Virus record (IMG/VR): IMGVR_UViG_3300002307_001210
Location: 1-56,844 of that record
DNA: 56,844 nt
DNA from: a virus
Taxonomy: Duplodnaviria > Caudoviricetes
Direction: 5' to 3' (one strand)
The translations under genes were made by a program, and so were the position numbers. The notes under the pieces are model-generated. The model saw nothing but the letters and a program-made list of their open reading frames with translations, was not told the origin of the DNA and made no database searches. The stretch's first letter is position 1. Each line of letters opens with the position of its first letter. Shown piece by piece: positions 39,676 to 48,892 of the stretch.

Positions 39676-39888
39676 ATGACCCAACTAGACCTTCACGGGG
39701 TTAGACACCAAGAAGTTGATCTATTAGTGGAGAACTTCATTCTAATGAATCAGAATGAGTTCCCACTAACTATCATCTGCGGTAATAGCGTTAAAATGAT
39801 TCAGCTAGTTGAGAACACGATAAATAAGATTGGGTGTGAAGCATCAATGATCAGACACGGATTCATTGTGGTACATCGTATCAAATAA
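39676..39888 (+). CDS. Smr-domain-like small protein
   Basis: LDLHG..IICG motif. Confidence 0.55.
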   Translation: MTQLDLHGVRHQEVDLLVENFILMNQNEFPLTIICGNSVKMIQLVENTINKIGCEASMIRHGFIVVHRIK

Positions 39889-39891
39889 AAT

Positions 39892-39954
39892 AGCGGTCTT
39901 GGCGTCATTCCCGCTTGACAAATTCTGCCGCCTATGTTATGTTAATCATAGGAG
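39892..39954 (+). promoter_or_regulatory. preQ1-I-like pseudoknot / candidate riboswitch overlapping a sigma70-like promoter
   Basis: P1 AGCGG/CCGCT; loop GGCG pairs with CGCC (39929-39932); CCTATG/CATAGG hairpin covers the RBS; TTGACA-17-TATGTT also present. Confidence 0.5.
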
Positions 39955-39961
39955 AAACGAT

Positions 39962-40432
39962 ATGACAAAATATATTAGTACTAAGACTTATAGACACCTA
40001 GGTCCCGTTGCATATCGTCAATGGCGTTCGGATAGTCATTGTAATCAAGTACATGGTTATGCTCTGAGTTTTCACTTTGAGTTTGAAGCCGACACGCTTG
40101 ATGCCCGTAACTGGGTGGTGGATTTTGGTGGTTTAAAGCCATTGAAGGGTCTGCTTGAAGATTGGTTTGACCATACTCTGCTAGTCGCAGAAGATGATCC
40201 CATGAAGGAGCATCTCCTTAATCTAGGTGCACTAGGCCTCGCTAAGATCACGCTTGTTGGGAAGACAGGATGTGAAGGTATCGCTGATTTTCTATATCAA
40301 TATGTCAACGAGCAGTTTCTTCCAAACTACGGTGAGGGAGAACGAGTCTGGTGTTCTAAGGTAGAAGTAAGAGAGACTGATAGCAACATGGCTATGCGTG
40401 TCGGACATAGGGAAGATTATGAACTCTCTTGA
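39962..40432 (+). CDS. queD: 6-carboxytetrahydropterin synthase (QueD/PTPS family)
   Basis: HCNQVHGY, WVVDFGGLK, FDH and VRET motifs. Confidence 0.85.
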   Translation: MTKYISTKTYRHLGPVAYRQWRSDSHCNQVHGYALSFHFEFEADTLDARNWVVDFGGLKPLKGLLEDWFDHTLLVAEDDPMKEHLLNLGALGLAKITLVGKTGCEGIADFLYQYVNEQFLPNYGEGERVWCSKVEVRETDSNMAMRVGHREDYELS

Positions 40433-40616
40433 GAAAGTATGGGCTAGGGCTACTGGTCATCTTATGGGTGACACAGACGACGACAAGCCTGATATCCCGG
40501 TATTAACTAGAAAAGAGGCCAGGGTAGCCCTCTTTCTAAAGACATTTTGGGTAGTCTTACATACGATTACCTGCATAGTTATTATAGCAAATGTAGTGAG
40601 GCACTGGAATGGGTAA
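40419..40616 (+). CDS. Small membrane protein
   Basis: Hydrophobic C-terminal helix. Confidence 0.5.
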   Translation: MNSLEKVWARATGHLMGDTDDDKPDIPVLTRKEARVALFLKTFWVVLHTITCIVIIANVVRHWNG

Positions 40617-41157
40617 AGAGATACACTTCAACAATGTTAATGAACTCGTTCATAACATCATGCGACGAATCACATTGGACCAATTTCGTCCTGATTATGT
40701 TGTAGGTATAACGCGGGGCGGATTAGTTCCTGCTACTATGATCAGTCATTACTTTGACATACCGATGCACACCCTCAAAGTGAGCCTACGCAGTGATCCA
40801 GCTGATACTGAAACTAATGGTTGGATGGCTGAGGATGCATTTGGGTATGTTCCGCTAGGCGAGCGTGATGTTCTAAAGAGTCGTTGGGATACCAAGAGAC
40901 GCAAAAACATCCTGATCGTTGATGATATTAATGATAGCGGTGCTACCTTTGATTGGATCAAGAAGGATTGGACTAGCGGTTGTCTACCAAACGAAACGGA
41001 AGCATGGAAATCAGTCTGGAATAACAATGTGAAGTTTGCTGTCATGGTTGACAACGAAGCAAGCAACTTTGAGAAGATTGATTATTTCGGTGAAGCAATC
41101 AATAAGATTGAAGATCCTGCTTTGATCGCATTCCCTTGGGAACGGTGGTGGAAATAA
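40609..41157 (+). CDS. Purine phosphoribosyltransferase (Gpt-like)
   Basis: VGITRGGL, LIVDDINDSGAT, FPWE. Confidence 0.8.
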   Translation: MGKEIHFNNVNELVHNIMRRITLDQFRPDYVVGITRGGLVPATMISHYFDIPMHTLKVSLRSDPADTETNGWMAEDAFGYVPLGERDVLKSRWDTKRRKNILIVDDINDSGATFDWIKKDWTSGCLPNETEAWKSVWNNNVKFAVMVDNEASNFEKIDYFGEAINKIEDPALIAFPWERWWK

Positions 41158-41696
41158 TGGCAAACATAGAATCTTTGATCAGAAAAGCTATTCCGGTCTA
41201 CAAGGATTGGCCTAAGGAAGGTGTAAACTTTCTAAACACAGTAGAATTATGCAATCAGCCGTATGAATTTGACCTAAGTGTAAATTGGTTTGCTGATGAA
41301 GCATTGTTATGTGAGGCACAAGCTATCTTTGCAGCAGATGCTAGAGGATTCATCTGGGGCGGTGCAGCGGCTCGGGAAGTTATGCTTCCGATGCATGTTA
41401 TCCGTAAAGCAGGCAAGCTTCCTGGAAAGACGCATAAGAAGTCATACCAGTTAGAATATGGCACTGATACTATGGAAATCGGGGAAGTAAAACAAAAATA
41501 CGGTTCGGTCATGATAATTGACGATGTGTTAGCGACCGGCGGTACAGCAGTAGCAATGTGTGAGCTATTGCATGAATCTTTGGGCATACCGTATAATCTT
41601 ATTACATTAGCTGTGTTAGTCAATCTTACTTTCTTGCCTGGTGAAAGCTTGCTCAAGGCTAAAGGTGTCAATCTCGTGAGCCTGTTGAACGAATGA
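41157..41696 (+). CDS. apt: Adenine phosphoribosyltransferase
   Basis: DWPKEGVNF, DARGFIWG, RKAGKLPG, LEYG, IIDDVLATGGT. Confidence 0.85.
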   Translation: MANIESLIRKAIPVYKDWPKEGVNFLNTVELCNQPYEFDLSVNWFADEALLCEAQAIFAADARGFIWGGAAAREVMLPMHVIRKAGKLPGKTHKKSYQLEYGTDTMEIGEVKQKYGSVMIIDDVLATGGTAVAMCELLHESLGIPYNLITLAVLVNLTFLPGESLLKAKGVNLVSLLNE

Positions 41697-42109
41697 TCAC
41701 TGTGATGAGTGATGACCTTATGGTTCAACAGCAAATAGATGGTTCTTGGCAACACATGGTCGGTGTGATCATGCTGAATCAAACATCTAGGAAGCAAGTC
41801 AAGCAAGTTCTACCTAAATTTTTGCAAAAGTGGGATACTGCTGAAAAACTTCTAGCAGCAAACGAAGATGATATCAAGTCAATCGTAACACCGTTAGGTA
41901 TGACAAATATCAGGGTAAAAAGATTGTTAGGTATGAGCCGTGACTACTTGACTTGGGACAAGATTGATGCTAAGTTGTTATATGGTATAGGAAAGTATGG
42001 CAGCGATAGTTATGAGATTTTCTTCAATCAGAACTATTCTGTTCAACCAACTGATAAAGAACTATTGAGATACCTAAAGGACATGGATTATGACGCAAAT
42101 CAAAGTTAG
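41693..42109 (+). CDS. HhH-GPD (MBD4-like) DNA glycosylase
   Basis: IMLNQTS, PLG...R, LYGIGKYGSDSYEIF, PTDKEL..Y. Confidence 0.75.
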   Translation: MITVMSDDLMVQQQIDGSWQHMVGVIMLNQTSRKQVKQVLPKFLQKWDTAEKLLAANEDDIKSIVTPLGMTNIRVKRLLGMSRDYLTWDKIDAKLLYGIGKYGSDSYEIFFNQNYSVQPTDKELLRYLKDMDYDANQS

Positions 42110-42956
42110 TGAACTATTCTATTCTATTCAAGGAGAAGGTAAATATCAAGGTGTACCCTCCGTGTTCTTGAGGACATTCGGTTGTAATCTCACTTGCGGT
42201 GGGTTCGGTATGGCTAAGGGAGAGATTTCAGGCGAGCGTGATACTATTGCGTTCATGAATGGAAACACCCCTTATAAGGAATATAAGGATCTCCCACTAG
42301 CTAGCACTGGTTGCGACTCCTACGCCTCGTGGGATGTTCGTTTCAAGCACCTGTCTCCTATGATGGATATTGATTCCATCGTTGATAAAATTATGGAATT
42401 GCTGCCGTTCGGAGAGTGGCGCGATGAACATCTTGTCATCACGGGCGGAGAACCTCTTCTTGGTTGGCAACGGGCATACCCTGAACTATTGAGCCATCCT
42501 AAAATGAAGGGTCTCAAAGAGATCACATTTGAGACTAACGGCACTCAGTCACTCTCGGGTGATTTTGCGAACTATCTTAGTGAATGGCTTTTTGAAGCAA
42601 GTCTTGCTGGTAATCATAGAGAAATAACTTTCTCCGTCAGTGCTAAGTTGAGTTGTTCGGGCGAGTCTCGCGAAGATGCTATCAAGCCTGATTTCGTTCG
42701 CAGTTACGAAGATGTGGGCACCGCGTATCTCAAGTTTGTCGTTGCGACAGAAGATGACATCACCGAAGCACTGAACACTGTAAAGATTTATCGTGATGCT
42801 GGGTTTGAAGGTCATGTATATCTGATGCCAGTTGGTGGCATTGAGAGCGTATATGCACTAAACAACAAGAATGTCGCGTTAGCTGCGATGAAGCACGGTG
42901 TCAGGTATTCGGACCGGTTACAAGTTGTTCTTTGGAAAAATGAGTGGGGTACTTAA
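42090..42956 (+). CDS. queE: 7-carboxy-7-deazaguanine synthase (radical SAM)
   Basis: ELFYSIQGEG, FLRTFGCNLTC...CDS (insert within the Cys motif), ITGGEPLL, ETNGT. Confidence 0.85.
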   Translation: MTQIKVSELFYSIQGEGKYQGVPSVFLRTFGCNLTCGGFGMAKGEISGERDTIAFMNGNTPYKEYKDLPLASTGCDSYASWDVRFKHLSPMMDIDSIVDKIMELLPFGEWRDEHLVITGGEPLLGWQRAYPELLSHPKMKGLKEITFETNGTQSLSGDFANYLSEWLFEASLAGNHREITFSVSAKLSCSGESREDAIKPDFVRSYEDVGTAYLKFVVATEDDITEALNTVKIYRDAGFEGHVYLMPVGGIESVYALNNKNVALAAMKHGVRYSDRLQVVLWKNEWGT

Positions 42957-43025
42957 ATAGTCGTATATTAAATGACACACGCATTACTAAATAGTTATAG
43001 AATATTTAATAATGCGTGGGGAAAT

Positions 43026-43781
43026 ATGACGAATCCTATTAACAAGAAAACAACAGAACAGTTTGTAAGCAAAATAAACCCTGATTTAAGGATCGAGATA
43101 TTAGCAGAATATGTTAATACTGATACGAAGATTGAGTATAGATGTAAACACGGTACTCAATCTTCTTTGCCCTGGCAGATTCTAAAGTTTAAACATTGTT
43201 GCCGTGCAGGATACTATGAAAGTGGCAAGATGTGGGGGAAAAGAACCAACACTCTTGACGAACTTAAAGACAGAGCTTTGACAGACCGTACTGACATTGA
43301 TGTTACTGAATGCTATATTGATACTTCTAGTAGATATAAGCGCCTAGCAAATATTAAATGCACCAAACATGACATATATTATAGTTCTATCGCAGCAAAT
43401 AAGACAGGGCAATGTCCAGAATGTTACAAAGAAGATAATATGGAACGCCTAAAGGCAGCACAAATCGCAGCTTGGGCAAGTCAATCAACTGGTAGTTTTG
43501 TTAGTAAAGCAGAAACAAAATGGTTAGATGATCTAAACATTAAGGATAGACAAGTGTGGCTAACGGATATACAGTATAAGGTAGACGGATTCGACCAGTC
43601 AACTAATACGGTATATCTGTATCATGGTAGATTTTGGCACGGATGCCCGAAAACATTTGATCCTGACATGATTCATCCTGTCGTGAAACTACCAATGAAA
43701 GATTTATACGAAAAGACTATGTTATATGAAAACAAGATCAAAGATGCAGGATACAATCTAATAGTAGAATGGGGTCATTAA
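43026..43781 (+). CDS. Vsr/PD-(D/E)XK-like endonuclease with Cys/His repeats
   Basis: C..H repeats; C-terminal SKAE..W, KVDG, YHGRFWHG, GYNLIVEW. Confidence 0.65.
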   Translation: MTNPINKKTTEQFVSKINPDLRIEILAEYVNTDTKIEYRCKHGTQSSLPWQILKFKHCCRAGYYESGKMWGKRTNTLDELKDRALTDRTDIDVTECYIDTSSRYKRLANIKCTKHDIYYSSIAANKTGQCPECYKEDNMERLKAAQIAAWASQSTGSFVSKAETKWLDDLNIKDRQVWLTDIQYKVDGFDQSTNTVYLYHGRFWHGCPKTFDPDMIHPVVKLPMKDLYEKTMLYENKIKDAGYNLIVEWGH

Positions 43782-43789
43782 TCATGAAA

Positions 43790-43816
43790 ATCTTCAAGAA
43801 TGAATGGGCTACCTAA
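43790..43816 (+). pseudogene. Displaced original 3' end of queE
   Basis: Encodes IFKNEWAT*, compared with the current queE end LWKNEWGT*. Confidence 0.7.
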
Positions 43817-43835
43817 GATTAAATGAAAGAGTATA

Positions 43836-44612
43836 ATGAATAACCAAGAAGTTAAACAGCAGATTGTTGATTACTGGGATCGGCAACCCTGTAACATCAA
43901 TCACAGTAAGAGCGAAATCGGGACACTTCAATACTTTGAAGAGGGTGCTACTAAACGGTATACAGCAGAATCACATATCAAAGATTTCGCACAGTTTGAG
44001 CTACACAAGGGCAAGCGTGTCCTTGAAGTAGGCTGCGGCATTGGTGCTGATGCAGTTGAGTTTGCTAAGGCAGGTGCTGAGTATGTCGGCATTGACATCA
44101 GCCAAGAGAGTTTGAATCTCGCTAAGAAGCGATTTGAAGTTTATGGTCTTGATGGACAATTCCATTTGCGAAGCGGGGACGAGGACCTCTCTGATTTAGG
44201 ACAGTTTGATCTGATCTATAGCTTTGGTGTGATCCATCATTATCCTAATATTGATCAGACTCTAGATAATATCCGTCATTCTCTAAAGTCTTCAGGTGAA
44301 CTAAAGTTCATGGTCTATGCCAAGAATAGCTGGAAATATTCTATGATTCAATCAGGCCTAGATCAATTTGAAGCACAGTCGGGTTGCCCCTACGCAAATG
44401 CGTATTCTACAGAAGAAGTTGAGAATCTTCTAGCAGGAAAATTCAACATAACTGAGATCAAGCAAGCACATTGTTTCATGTATGATGTTCCTAAATATAA
44501 GCAGAACATCTTTGAATTAGAACCTTGGTTTGCAGCTATGTCTGACGAGATGCGTGAAGCAGTGAAGCGATATATGGGATGGCATCTGCTAGTATCCGCG
44601 ATAAAGCCATGA
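43836..44612 (+). CDS. Class I SAM-dependent methyltransferase
   Basis: VLEVGCGIG, GIDIS, FDLIYSFGVIHH. Confidence 0.9.
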   Translation: MNNQEVKQQIVDYWDRQPCNINHSKSEIGTLQYFEEGATKRYTAESHIKDFAQFELHKGKRVLEVGCGIGADAVEFAKAGAEYVGIDISQESLNLAKKRFEVYGLDGQFHLRSGDEDLSDLGQFDLIYSFGVIHHYPNIDQTLDNIRHSLKSSGELKFMVYAKNSWKYSMIQSGLDQFEAQSGCPYANAYSTEEVENLLAGKFNITEIKQAHCFMYDVPKYKQNIFELEPWFAAMSDEMREAVKRYMGWHLLVSAIKP

Positions 44613-45958
44613 GTAACTACCATAAGCGAATTGCATTTCTGATCAGTGATCAGCACTTTATCCCTCACGGGGGTATTGGGCAATTCGCTAAAGGCTTTAC
44701 TGAGATGTGCAAGCGTATCGGTTGGAAAGTGGATATCATCCTAGATAAGGCACCTACGAATACCTTCAGTGATTTGATCAAGGACATGGGAGCAAATATC
44801 ATATATCCTAACGATACTTTGCGATATACTGACCACACTGCGACATTTGCTTTCTCCGATACAATAAACTTTGAGAAGATCATTAACTTTAGGAAGTCGT
44901 TACTAAAAGCGTTTGAGTATAACATCTATGATATGGTAGTTTGTAATACCCAAGAAGCAATGACTGCTGCCTATGCAATGACTATCAACAAGTATATTCC
45001 AGTGATGTTTTACACTCATCTGCATAGCATGATCTTTAGAGACACCCAAGGTAGCGACGTATTCCTCGACAGCTATCATAACTTTTACAACAAGCATATG
45101 GAATTCAATGACATCATCATCGGAACGCAGAGTCAAAAGAATATTGACGAGCTAACCAAATTCGGTGCGGCTAACTGTGTTTTGCTTCGTATGCCTATGA
45201 GTGAGCGTGGTCTGCTTGAACCATCTGATGGGAATAAGAAGGGTGTTCTATTCATCGGAAGATGGGAATCAGGTAAGAATCCAGAAGCATATATCAAAGC
45301 GATGACAGAATGCGGATTGCCCTGTAAAGTGATGACTAACTCTAACGGTGCAAAGAAGTTTGAAAAGGCATTTAAAGATGCCGGAATCACAGATTACGAG
45401 ATCAGAGCAGGAATTGTCGGTGAAGAGAAAGTAGATTTCATCAAGGGTTGCAAGGTATTTTTTATGCCTAGCTTACGAGAGAACTATCCGTTCGCTTTCC
45501 TAGAGTGTCTCGGTCATATGCCGTGCATAGTATTAGATACGCAAGATTGGTCTGACAACTTTGATAGCAAATACTACTATAAGGTCAGCACGAAAGAGGT
45601 GTCTGAGGCGATCAAGGCAGCATATCAAACGAATCAGCTACCAGAAGCATTGGAATATGTTAAGAACCTAGATAGCGATACTGCTGAAGGTTGGATTAGA
45701 TTCATTGATGACTTCGTAGGAAAGCGTAGCAACAATAACGCTGCGAAGATCAATACACATGATACGATACGATATCGGGATTACATCAAGGACCTAGATC
45801 GTAATCACCTAGCGAGGGAAGACGTTGAGAGTGTGTTATCAAATAGACACAAATTTATTAATGTGAGATACACTGACAATGATACATATTTGTCTAAGGA
45901 TCCTAAGTTTGTTCCAGACGAAGATGTAGTGGGCACCGGGTTATTTGAAGGGCTATAG
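44609..45958 (+). CDS. GT-B (GT4-like) glycosyltransferase
   Basis: HGGIG, LFIGRWESGKNP, MPSLRENYPFAFLE (E-x7-E). Confidence 0.75.
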   Translation: MSNYHKRIAFLISDQHFIPHGGIGQFAKGFTEMCKRIGWKVDIILDKAPTNTFSDLIKDMGANIIYPNDTLRYTDHTATFAFSDTINFEKIINFRKSLLKAFEYNIYDMVVCNTQEAMTAAYAMTINKYIPVMFYTHLHSMIFRDTQGSDVFLDSYHNFYNKHMEFNDIIIGTQSQKNIDELTKFGAANCVLLRMPMSERGLLEPSDGNKKGVLFIGRWESGKNPEAYIKAMTECGLPCKVMTNSNGAKKFEKAFKDAGITDYEIRAGIVGEEKVDFIKGCKVFFMPSLRENYPFAFLECLGHMPCIVLDTQDWSDNFDSKYYYKVSTKEVSEAIKAAYQTNQLPEALEYVKNLDSDTAEGWIRFIDDFVGKRSNNNAAKINTHDTIRYRDYIKDLDRNHLAREDVESVLSNRHKFINVRYTDNDTYLSKDPKFVPDEDVVGTGLFEGL

Positions 45959-45959
45959 A

Positions 45960-46808
45960 ATGAAAAAAGTATTGATCACTGGATGTTCAGGATATATCGG
46001 CTCTCATCTCTGCAAGATGCTTGAGAATGAGTATGAAGTTCATGGACTTGATATCAAGGATCCACAGCATCCGATAAAGAAATTCTTTAAGACTGACATC
46101 AATCGTCCGATGATCATTGAGGAAGAGTATGATGCAGTTGTGCATCTGGCTGCATTAGTAAATGTTGGCGAGAGCGAGAAGATTCCGGTCATGTATTATA
46201 TCACGAATATTAATGGAACGATGAATGTGCTGAACAAGGTAAAGTGTGACAACTTTATCCTCGCGTCTACCGGTGCGGCTTCGGCATGCGAAAGTGTGTA
46301 TGGCGTTAGCAAGCGAGCCGCAGAAGATGTCGTTAGAGAATATTGCACCCAGCACACGACAACTCCGTATACCATCTTTCGGTTCTACAATGTGATCGGG
46401 TCATCGGGATACAAACCTACGAACCCTGACGGATTGATGTATAATCTCTTGATGTCGGCAGTAACTAGGAAGTTTACTATATTCGGAAACGACTACGATA
46501 CTCCGGATGGCACATGTGTGCGTGACTATGTTCATGTAGATGAAATCTGCGAAGCTATCAGAATAGCAATTGAAAAGCCAGCCAATAAGATTGAGTGCTT
46601 AGGTCACGGTGTAGGATATACTGTTAGAGAAATCTTTGACAAGTTTTTAGAAGTGAATGAAGAAGCACTGTATCAGGATGCTGATACCGCGATTGTTCAT
46701 GAGATCGGTCCCCGTAGAAAAGGGGATATAGCTCATAGTGTTCTAGAAGACATATCTCCCTACATGAAAAATCTCTACTCTATAGAAGATTTACTCAAGC
46801 TACCGTAG
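45960..46808 (+). CDS. NAD-dependent epimerase (GalE-like)
   Basis: ITGCSGYIG, HLAA, YGVSK, DGTCVRDYVHV. Confidence 0.9.
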   Translation: MKKVLITGCSGYIGSHLCKMLENEYEVHGLDIKDPQHPIKKFFKTDINRPMIIEEEYDAVVHLAALVNVGESEKIPVMYYITNINGTMNVLNKVKCDNFILASTGAASACESVYGVSKRAAEDVVREYCTQHTTTPYTIFRFYNVIGSSGYKPTNPDGLMYNLLMSAVTRKFTIFGNDYDTPDGTCVRDYVHVDEICEAIRIAIEKPANKIECLGHGVGYTVREIFDKFLEVNEEALYQDADTAIVHEIGPRRKGDIAHSVLEDISPYMKNLYSIEDLLKLP

Positions 46809-46814
46809 TTTATA

Positions 46815-48095
46815 TCAATGTATTAGCAAGAAGCTATTTAGAATGTCATTGCGATTAGCACCATCATCACCTTCGCCAGGCATAACGATGACATTGTGCA
46901 TCTTACTTACATCTGGTTTCTCTTTAGGGGCCGGATGACGCATCATCTCGTCATAAGTCCAGATTGAACTAGGTTTAATGCTATACTTAGCTGCTAGACG
47001 ATGTTTGAATGTCTCTAGATTCTTGTGTGAAGCAAAATGCGTCCTGCCCTTAGCATCCTTCTTGACCTTTATTCCGTCTTTTGCGATCAGGTCATTGAAT
47101 AGTTCTTCGGGAACGACCCGGCTGTTTTTTGTCTTAGTGAAATCAATCTGTTTCTCTTGATTAGGCTTGGCACCCATTGAATAGTTCATCTTGAAGTTTC
47201 CAGGAGCAGCACCTTGTGCGACACTGGCCAGCTTAGTGTAAGCATAGAAGTCTACATTAGGATATTTACGGGCTAGATTGTATGCATACTCAAGATACTG
47301 CGGAGAGAAGAAGTCTCCGGCATCGTGCCAACGAATGATAAGAGTAGTCTCGGTTCCCTTTCTCTTATCTATCTTCTCTAGCTTGTGAGAGTTTTCCTGA
47401 ATCTCTGCACCCAACATGTCCATGAATCCTTGTGGATCATTATACAAGAAGTTTAGTAGACGGGTCTGACTAAGGCTGACACCTTTCCATTGAACATACC
47501 CTCCCTTCATCGCATAGCAATAAGTCTGACATGCTCCTGCCCCCGGGCAAGTATCAACGATGATGAAGTCCCCGGTCTCTTCATTTACTGCTAGGCCCTT
47601 TAGTGCAGGCAATCCTACATTGTAGAATGCACTAGCAGTGCCGTCACTGTGCTGCATCTTCTCATTTTGTTTTAAAATCTTGGGGGGCCGAGTTGTTATA
47701 GAGTTACGGAGTTTATCAAGATCATATTTCTGTCCGTCATCATTGACGATAGGAATATTGCTCCTATGAACATAAGGAATCTTGAATTTATCCTGTTTAG
47801 TTTTTCCTGATACGTATTTTTCAGTGCCACGGGGAGTCTTCTTTGTTTGGCCTGTCTCTGGATCAAGCAGCGGAGTACCCTTGATACGATCCAAATACTT
47901 GTTCATCTCGTCTTTTGACATAGTGCGATGTGGTGCATCTAGTTTTGCTTCGTCAACTTCTTCCTCAGGTGCAACGCCTTCGCTTTGCAAAAATTGATCA
48001 AGAGACATGACCACAAAGTTATCCGAAAACGGAGTTTCTGCCTTGACTTCCTGTGAGTTCTCATTTATTATATTAAGAATGCTACGAATATCCAT
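46815..48095 (-). CDS. Gp88-like / radical-SAM-related protein
   Basis: CPGAGACQTYCYA, RWHDAGDF, YAYTK. Late promoter on the minus strand near 48116-48124. Confidence 0.6.
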   Translation of the reverse strand: MDIRSILNIINENSQEVKAETPFSDNFVVMSLDQFLQSEGVAPEEEVDEAKLDAPHRTMSKDEMNKYLDRIKGTPLLDPETGQTKKTPRGTEKYVSGKTKQDKFKIPYVHRSNIPIVNDDGQKYDLDKLRNSITTRPPKILKQNEKMQHSDGTASAFYNVGLPALKGLAVNEETGDFIIVDTCPGAGACQTYCYAMKGGYVQWKGVSLSQTRLLNFLYNDPQGFMDMLGAEIQENSHKLEKIDKRKGTETTLIIRWHDAGDFFSPQYLEYAYNLARKYPNVDFYAYTKLASVAQGAAPGNFKMNYSMGAKPNQEKQIDFTKTKNSRVVPEELFNDLIAKDGIKVKKDAKGRTHFASHKNLETFKHRLAAKYSIKPSSIWTYDEMMRHPAPKEKPDVSKMHNVIVMPGEGDDGANRNDILNSFLLIH

Positions 48096-48146
48096 TGTGA
48101 CCCTATTATCTACTCTTATTTATCAGAAACTATTGAGGAACTAAAA

Positions 48147-48251
48147 ATGCAAGATATAGACAACATTAAAGTTTTTTGGACATTGTCCGCATTGCTGATC
48201 GTAGTCATTTTACTTGTCCTGATTAAGCCTTTCAAGAATGACGGCCAATGA
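48147..48251 (+). CDS. Small membrane protein (34 aa)
   Basis: GAGG RBS, one hydrophobic helix, ATGA-coupled to the next gene. Confidence 0.45.
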   Translation: MQDIDNIKVFWTLSALLIVVILLVLIKPFKNDGQ

Positions 48252-48892
48252 ATATTTTCTATGTAGACACGGACGCAAATATTGCTGCACAGTCAATGGT
48301 TGACAAGCATGTTGTCAAGATGATTCTGGAGTCGGCTCAGTTGTTGTCAACTGCACATCGTATTCTTGATGGTGAAGTTAAGGTTGTGGCGAATGCAAAG
48401 GGTCGCAAGACGAAGCGGTATGTGCTAGCAGATAGTCGCGAGGGTGTGATTTACAAAAGCACTCATGCAAATCATCCTTCAGCAGTATGGGCTAGAGAAA
48501 ACTCTGCCAACTATGATTGGCTATATGATCACATGATGGCACTGGGCCGCGAGTATACTCATCGCTATGGCAGGATGCATCTATCTATTCAGAAGCTAGA
48601 AACCATTCTGTCAGTGCGTCCGAATAAGATTCCATTCAGCAATGTCATGACTAAGATGCCGTCTTGCATGGACGATGATTACATTCTAGCATCACAGGAC
48701 CCAGTTGCTAACTATCGTAACTACTACAATAAGGGCAAGGCTGCTCTACATCGCTGGACCAATCGTCTTCCACCTAGCTGGATTGAGGGAGAAGTTTATG
48801 TGATACTTCCCGATGAAGATGATGACGAAGATTATACTGGATTGGTTAGCAGAACGATATATACTACTATTAAGAAGGAAATCAATGTTTAA
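48248..48892 (+). CDS. Pyrimidine-dimer DNA glycosylase-like (DenV-related) protein
   Basis: MNIFY..DKHVVKMILESAQLLSTAH, THANHPSAVW, EYTHRYG..H. Confidence 0.7.
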   Translation: MNIFYVDTDANIAAQSMVDKHVVKMILESAQLLSTAHRILDGEVKVVANAKGRKTKRYVLADSREGVIYKSTHANHPSAVWARENSANYDWLYDHMMALGREYTHRYGRMHLSIQKLETILSVRPNKIPFSNVMTKMPSCMDDDYILASQDPVANYRNYYNKGKAALHRWTNRLPPSWIEGEVYVILPDEDDDEDYTGLVSRTIYTTIKKEINV

